Positions 58,791 to 64,000 of a stretch of 64,000 nucleotides of DNA are shown in pieces (position 1 is the stretch's first letter; the number at the start of each line of letters is the position of its first letter). The position numbers and the translations under genes are program-made. This DNA is from Pseudomonadales bacterium (GTDB lineage Bacteria; Patescibacteriota; Microgenomatia; UBA1400; PJMF01): positions 29,966-93,965 of the forward strand of contig JACKFY010000003.1 in assembly GCA_020632235.1 (NCBI GenBank), written 5' to 3'. Below the pieces are notes generated by a model. That model saw only the letters and a program-made list of their open reading frames with translations, was not told the origin of the DNA and ran no database searches.

Positions 58791-60095
58791 TTACGGTAGT
58801 ATTGACTTGAGTAGCTGCAGGAGTTTTTTCTTGATTGTTTCGAATGAGGGGGTGCCTGAAAAAGAGGGAAGTGAAAACTCACTACTTGATGCTGCGGGTA
58901 GTGTTTGCGCACCGTACTCAAGCAGTCCAATGCTGGTGACGTAACTGGGGTTGTTGATATCCGAGAGAATGCCCGAGATCTCTTTTGGTGTGCCGATACG
59001 AGCGGGGAGCTTGAGCTCTCTTTTGGCAATTGAGACAAGATGGGCGGTACGCGCCCCACCACCGGTGATGACGATGCCAGCGGGGATATCAGCCAGCACA
59101 TTTTTTTGCTCTAGCTTTTCATGCACGAGTGAAAAAATTTCTTTGATGCGTGGGGTCATGATGGCATCAACGATGCTACTTTTGGAGAGTGGTTCGGCAT
59201 GTGGATCGCCAGTAATGCCAGTGATATCAAGCATGTCGGAAGCCTTTCTTCGTTTTTGAAAGTCTTGTTTTGACTCGCCTGCAATGGGTTTGAGCACCGT
59301 TTCGCTCTCGTTTGAGATCTGTAGTTTGATCTCTTCTGCGGCGTCGATGCTGACCCTGCAGCCAAGCGCAATGTCTTGGGTAATGTGGCGGGCTCCAACG
59401 GGAATAGAGTCAGAGTAGGTCAGTGAGCCGTCAATATAGACACACAACGATGTGGTGCCTGCCCCGATATCAATGATCGCTACGCCTAGTTCTTTTTCTG
59501 TTTCTGATAGCACCACTTGAGCAGCTGCAAGCCCAGAAAACACAAATCCATCCACGGTGATGCCTAGGTCACGCAGCACCTTTTCGCTATTTCTGAGTGT
59601 GGTTGACATGCCGGTAATGATGTGTGCTTCAGACTCAAGCCTTACTCCAGTCATACCGACAGGATCTTTGATACCTTCTTGACTATCAACTTTGAAGTCT
59701 TTAGGAATGACATGAATGATCTCTCGCTCGCTGGAAAGTGAAATAGCCCGAGCTGCCTCAATGACGCGATGGACGTCTTCTGGTGTTATCTCTTGGTTGG
59801 GGGCAGCGACCGCCACCACTCCTTTTGAGTTAAGCGAAGAAATATGAGCGCCCGAGACCGAGACGTATGCACTTTCTATTTCTTGACCAGCCATGCGTTC
59901 TGCCCCGTCCACACTTTCAGATACGGTACTGAGCACCTGCTCAAGGTCAACAATTTGGCTTTTACGCATGCCCTTCGAGCTTATAGCACTTACTCCAGTT
60001 ACCTTGAGGCCAACTTCTGGCTCTCTGGTAGCGATCAATGTTGTGCATTTGTCGGTACCGATATCAATAGCAGTGAGGTAATGGTGTTTGGACAT
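58791..60095 (-). CDS. ftsA: Cell division protein FtsA
   Basis: Actin-fold motifs LTAIDIGTDKC and IIDIGAGTTSL. The track ORF starts at 60149. Confidence 0.85.
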   Translation of the reverse strand: MSKHHYLTAIDIGTDKCTTLIATREPEVGLKVTGVSAISSKGMRKSQIVDLEQVLSTVSESVDGAERMAGQEIESAYVSVSGAHISSLNSKGVVAVAAPNQEITPEDVHRVIEAARAISLSSEREIIHVIPKDFKVDSQEGIKDPVGMTGVRLESEAHIITGMSTTLRNSEKVLRDLGITVDGFVFSGLAAAQVVLSETEKELGVAIIDIGAGTTSLCVYIDGSLTYSDSIPVGARHITQDIALGCRVSIDAAEEIKLQISNESETVLKPIAGESKQDFQKRRKASDMLDITGITGDPHAEPLSKSSIVDAIMTPRIKEIFSLVHEKLEQKNVLADIPAGIVITGGGARTAHLVSIAKRELKLPARIGTPKEISGILSDINNPSYVTSIGLLEYGAQTLPAASSSEFSLPSFSGTPSFETIKKKLLQLLKSILP

Positions 60096-60157
60096 AGTAA
60101 CAAGATGCGCACCCTTGACTAGGCTACTGCATAGTTTCCAGCATAGCAAATTTTATT

Positions 60158-60907
60158 CTAGATGCGAAGTACTGGGAGGCGAAAGCGCATGTCTATCTCT
60201 CGAATGGTGGTAGTAGATTGAGTATAGTCTGGTGATGAAAGAAGCGCCTCAAGTGTGTCAAGCGTGCCACTGTCTGCTGACTGGGTAATAAGCACTGTGG
60301 GAAATGCATCATTGTGTACTGCTATGTGATGGGGCGTTGTGATGGTAATGGTGAGCGGTGTACTTGAAAATACTTGATGAGTGCTGAGTAGCTCTACTAA
60401 CGTAAGCAGTGATGGAGAAAGCACTCCGTTGCTCTGACACATTTCAGTACTTTGACAGGTAAGATGCAGTGCTGTTTGTGTATGGTAGGGGATGATCACA
60501 CCAGTTTGGGAGAGGCCGTAGAGCTCGTCATTACTACTGAGTGTGTAGATCTGTTCGAGTGGAGAAATACGCACTTTGAGTGTCGTTGGTAGTGTTTTGG
60601 AGATAGTAGTAATGACAAATGGAGCATGAGTGGTGTCTGTGCGAATGATCTTTTCTATATCTATAAAAAACAGAGGTCTTCCCTCAAGAGTATCGAAGTA
60701 CGCACGTTCTTGCTCACTACAGGGTTGCTGCGTGTCTGCGTAGAGGCACTGGACTTCATGAATGCGGGGTATAGCAAGGAAAACAAGAGTGCTGCACAGT
60801 AAAAAAGCAGGCGCGAGTACTCTCTGGATCATACTCCACAACAGAGACGACGAGCGACCAACAGCTGTTGTCTTTGCTGTACTGCGTGGTTTTTTACTTC
60901 GCTTCAT
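60158..60907 (-). CDS. ftsQ: FtsQ/DivIB-like cell division protein
   Basis: N-terminal transmembrane helix followed by a POTRA-like region. Sits between murG and ftsA. Confidence 0.5.
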   Translation of the reverse strand: MKRSKKPRSTAKTTAVGRSSSLLWSMIQRVLAPAFLLCSTLVFLAIPRIHEVQCLYADTQQPCSEQERAYFDTLEGRPLFFIDIEKIIRTDTTHAPFVITTISKTLPTTLKVRISPLEQIYTLSSNDELYGLSQTGVIIPYHTQTALHLTCQSTEMCQSNGVLSPSLLTLVELLSTHQVFSSTPLTITITTPHHIAVHNDAFPTVLITQSADSGTLDTLEALLSSPDYTQSTTTIREIDMRFRLPVLRI

Positions 60908-62044
60908 GGGGTACTTTTGTAGCTGGGAGAACTGTTTGTATCGTTTTATAGAGTGTTTGCGCGCTGTTGTATGGTAGCTTTTTCTTACTTCTTTGTAAGC
61001 TTTGTCTCATTTTGGTATGAGCAGTTACTACTTTTTTAAGTGCAGCGATAAGTGAGCGAGGGTTGAGTCCGCTTTGCGCAAGCACCACTGCTCCACCAGC
61101 TTTTTCCAGCGCAGCTGCCCCGACAGCTTGCTCGTCATAATGTGAGAACGGTAGTGGAATGAGGACGCTTGGTATACAAAAATACTGTAGTTCCTGGAGC
61201 GTGTTTGCCCCTGCTCTTGAAACAACGCTGTGGGTGTGCTGGTAGATCCAGGCTAGTTCTTTTTCGCTGATCCAGGGGCGAATGGCGTAGCGTTTTTGTT
61301 TGGCAGGCGAGAGTTTCATGCGCACACGCTCTAATTCTGATTGGTAGTTGCGCTGGGCAGTTGGGTTGCCACACTGATGAATGACAGAGAACGTACGAGT
61401 AAGCTCGCCAATGGCCTGACTAATGGTGGTGTTGATGATCTCAGAGCCTTGGTTGCCACCGGTGATATAGAGCAGTGGTTTGTCTGTGTGAAGAGTGAGC
61501 CAAGGTGGGGTGGGTGGGTGGGGTGTGGTCAGACCGGCGCGCATGAGATTACCCGTCAAGACCGCCTTTTTTTGGGCAGCTTGGTGAGCGCCTCTGGATG
61601 AGAGACCGCTACTTTCTTTGCAAGTGGGGTGATAACTCGGGTTGCTCGCCCCAGCACTCTGGTTTGCTCATGCGCCACGATGGGGATGCGTAGCGCCCAA
61701 GCAGCAACTGCAAGTGGCACTGCTTGATAACTTCCAAACGAGACAAAGACATCTGGTTTTTCTCTAAACAGCACTCGCACAGCCGAGAGAATACTCAGTG
61801 GTAAGAGAAACGCTAGTCGCACCCACTCGCTGATGCTCCCAGTCGAGATGCGTGGGGCCTGAAACGCAATGAACTGTGCGCCCACTACCTCAACTTCATT
61901 TTTTTCTTGCGATGGTTGTTTGTGTTTGGTTTGAGAAAACGATCGACCAAAAAAAACTACTTCATGAGTAGCATCTTGAGCCTGAATATACTGGATGAGC
62001 GCCACTGCAGGAGTAAGATGACCACCAGAAATACCGATTTTCAT
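60894..62044 (-). pseudogene. murG: murG (UDP-GlcNAc transferase), split by a frameshift in an A7 homopolymer (T7 at 61567-61573 on the plus strand)
   Basis: The N-domain ORF at 61556-62044 (KIGISGGHLTPAVAL, IPIVAHEQT, VAVSHPEAL) and the C-domain ORF at 60894-61559 (LTGNLMRAGL, ITGGNQGS) abut. Reading through the A-run with a one-nucleotide slip gives the contiguous MurG sequence ...SHPEALTKLPKKKAVLTGNLMRAGL... Confidence 0.75.
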
Positions 62045-63207
62045 GATTCGCTTGCTATGCGTAGGATGATACCAGACGAGAACAATACCATAACCAGCGC
62101 CGATCTACCATACGAGATAAAAGGGAGCGGAATGCCGGTCAAGGGCACCAGGGCCACAATTGCACTCAGGTTTAAGATCATCTGCATGCCTACCCACAAC
62201 ACAATGCCGTAGCCCAAGAGCTGCACTGCTGGCTCATCATGGGCACTGGCGATACGAAATCCGAGTATGGTGTAGGAAAACAACAACAGCATCATCAATA
62301 TTGACCCAAGAAAACCCACTTCTTCGGCAATAATAGCAAAGATAGAGTCGGTGCTTGCTTCAGGAATGTAGGAGAACCGCTGTTTTGAGTTGCCTACCCC
62401 CTGCCCCACCCATCCTCCCCGACCCAGCGCGATGGTAATCTGGCGAATGTGAAAGCTGCTGTCTGAAGGGTTGCTTTCTGGATTAAAAAACGTGCGCACT
62501 CGCTCCATGCGATAGGGAGAGGTAGCAATCAGCCCGGCTACGACAGCCAGCAAGACTGCCCCCACCCCCACAAAGTGAAGTAGTTTGCCTCCGGCTAAAA
62601 AATACATCCCGCAGGCAATGCCCAACACCATCAAGAGGGATCCTAGATCTGGTTGGAGAATGATGATCACAATCGAGACAGAAAGAGAGAGAAGAAAGGG
62701 TCCCAGTCGTTGGTGTTTGGTCAGCCAACTGGCGAGAAATATAATCAGGGAGAGCTTGTAGAGCTCAACTGGTTGAAAGACAACGCCTCCTAGGGCTATC
62801 CAGCGTTTTGCCCCGTTCAGTTCAACACCAATACCGGGCACAAACACCAGTAGAAGTAACAGCAGCCCACCTACCCAAGCATAGTTGCCTAGTGTAAGCC
62901 ACACCCTGGTAGGCAGTAGCGCAGCTACTACAAATGCACACAGTCCAACACCCACTCCCAAGACATGTTGTTTGACAAAGTGATACGGATCACCCAAGAG
63001 CTGGTAACTCTCGGCTATAGAGGCCTCAAATACCCAAAACACCCCGAGGATGCACAAGAGAAACACCACTCCTACAAAAAGACGAGCAAGACGCTTGAGT
63101 GAAACATTTTTTTTTCGTGGCACATTACAATGGTAGCAAACCCTGCCGCGTACCACCAGAAAGAGAAGTTGTATCGGTGTGTTATAGCAGTGCCAGCCAC
63201 ATACCAA
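62041..63207 (-). CDS. ftsW: Cell division protein FtsW (SEDS)
   Basis: dcw position between mraY and murG, and the C-terminal GIPLPFISYGRSAL motif. Confidence 0.8.
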   Translation of the reverse strand: MVCGWHCYNTPIQLLFLVVRGRVCYHCNVPRKKNVSLKRLARLFVGVVFLLCILGVFWVFEASIAESYQLLGDPYHFVKQHVLGVGVGLCAFVVAALLPTRVWLTLGNYAWVGGLLLLLLVFVPGIGVELNGAKRWIALGGVVFQPVELYKLSLIIFLASWLTKHQRLGPFLLSLSVSIVIIILQPDLGSLLMVLGIACGMYFLAGGKLLHFVGVGAVLLAVVAGLIATSPYRMERVRTFFNPESNPSDSSFHIRQITIALGRGGWVGQGVGNSKQRFSYIPEASTDSIFAIIAEEVGFLGSILMMLLLFSYTILGFRIASAHDEPAVQLLGYGIVLWVGMQMILNLSAIVALVPLTGIPLPFISYGRSALVMVLFSSGIILRIASES

Positions 63208-64000
63208 AGATGGTTAACATAATCTGCACCAGCCAGGCTCGCTGGACAATCTTGGGTTCCTCCCACCCCTTGTGTTGGAGGGTAAGGTGAAATGGTGCTG
63301 CTGGTAGTATCTTTTTTTTGCGAAATTTTTTTGAGAGTAACTGCAGAAGTGAGCTGGTGATCTCAATCACAAAAAAGCTACTAATAATGATCAAGGCAAT
63401 AATTTTTCCCAAGAGCAACCCAACCACTGCTAGAGCCGCGCCAAAAGCCATCGAGCCAACATCACCCATAAACATACGTGCCGGATAGACATTAAAGTAG
63501 AGAAACGAGATGAGTGCACCCAGCCACAGGGCAATAAAGGTAGCGATGGGTACATCCATGAGTGAGTCGGAGATCGAGAGAAACCACAAACCAAACAGTG
63601 TAATCATCAGGTTGCCTGCCGCCAGGCCATCAAGCCCGTCGGTGACGTTGACCGCGTTGGCAAATGCAACAATGGTAAAGCTAGCAAAGGGAATAAAGAA
63701 CACACCCAGCTCAAAGTTATCAATAAAGGGCACATTTACAAACGAAATGTGCAGCTGAAAGTACAGCATGCAGCTAATAAGGAGTGCGAGAGTGATCTGC
63801 ACAAAGAGCTTGTGGCGCATGCGCATGCCAAAAAACCCACTTGACTCAAGCTTGAAAAACTTCTTTATGTCGTCATACAACCCGAGTGCTCCAAATGAGA
63901 GAAAGGTAACAAAGAGAATCTGTATTTCTGCAGACAAATTGGTGTGAATGCTGATGATGGGAATGCCAAATAGCTGGAGGGCGGGGATAATAAGGGCAAA
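63182..64000 (-). CDS. mraY: Phospho-N-acetylmuramoyl-pentapeptide transferase MraY (partial; N-terminus beyond the window end)
   Basis: NAVNVTDGLDGLA and MFMGDVGSMAFGAAL are motifs. The reading frame stays open to position 64000. Confidence 0.85.
   Translation of the reverse strand, partial: FALIIPALQLFGIPIISIHTNLSAEIQILFVTFLSFGALGLYDDIKKFFKLESSGFFGMRMRHKLFVQITLALLISCMLYFQLHISFVNVPFIDNFELGVFFIPFASFTIVAFANAVNVTDGLDGLAAGNLMITLFGLWFLSISDSLMDVPIATFIALWLGALISFLYFNVYPARMFMGDVGSMAFGAALAVVGLLLGKIIALIIISSFFVIEITSSLLQLLSKKFRKKKILPAAPFHLTLQHKGWEEPKIVQRAWLVQIMLTIFGMWLALL

Overview
This 64 kb window looks like a bacterial chromosome segment of about 50% GC, dominated by housekeeping genes. The dcw/ileS architecture is Gram-positive-like and the gene content looks reduced, possibly CPR/Saccharibacteria-like; that placement is inference only.

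Called genes:
- serS (partial at the window edge) and a DUF389-like membrane protein.
- A radical-SAM/SPASM-like gene followed by an EpmA-like LysRS paralog, convergent with a LysRS that carries a C-terminal HD-hydrolase fusion.
- A complete F0F1 ATP synthase operon, atpBEFHAGDC, with greA embedded at its 3' end.
- A PilM-like/LytR_C membrane protein immediately upstream of the atp promoter.
- A C39-like peptidase, mutM, ldh, and a split transketolase.
- An alpha-glucan operon: glycosyltransferase, GH57, GH15 and a BadF-type kinase.
- An RRM RNA-binding protein, a Nudix plus nucleoside-kinase pair, rplS, pyrG, dnaE, gatCAB, htpX and lemA.
- A LysM protein, a MazG-like protein, envelope-polysaccharide genes (O-antigen-ligase-like and a Wzx-like flippase), lepB and parB.
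- rplU, an RNA methyltransferase, rpmA, and a SEDS protein.
- ileS with a T-box leader, and a reduced dcw cluster: ftsZ, ftsA, ftsQ-like, murG (frameshifted in an A7 run), ftsW, mraY.

I found five tRNAs: Lys-TTT, Glu-TTC, Asp-GTC, Gly-CCC and Thr-CGT.

The most unusual signal is at the tRNA loci.
- Intact tRNA genes are repeatedly accompanied by partial tRNA-derived copies that carry novel hairpin insertions.
- At two loci (Lys and Asp) the unit is organised identically: partial pseudo-tRNA, then intact tRNA, then a small GIY-YIG (YhbQ-like) nuclease gene, then a fuller pseudo-tRNA or repeat.
- At the Glu locus an AT-rich cargo gene takes the place of the GIY-YIG gene.
- This looks like a family of tRNA-associated mini-cassettes or insertion scars.

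Also notable:
- Several single-gene AT-rich islands holding unknown proteins.
- A three-fold TGTGAAACA promoter element upstream of the EpmA-like gene.
- A G-quadruplex-type motif next to the murG frameshift.
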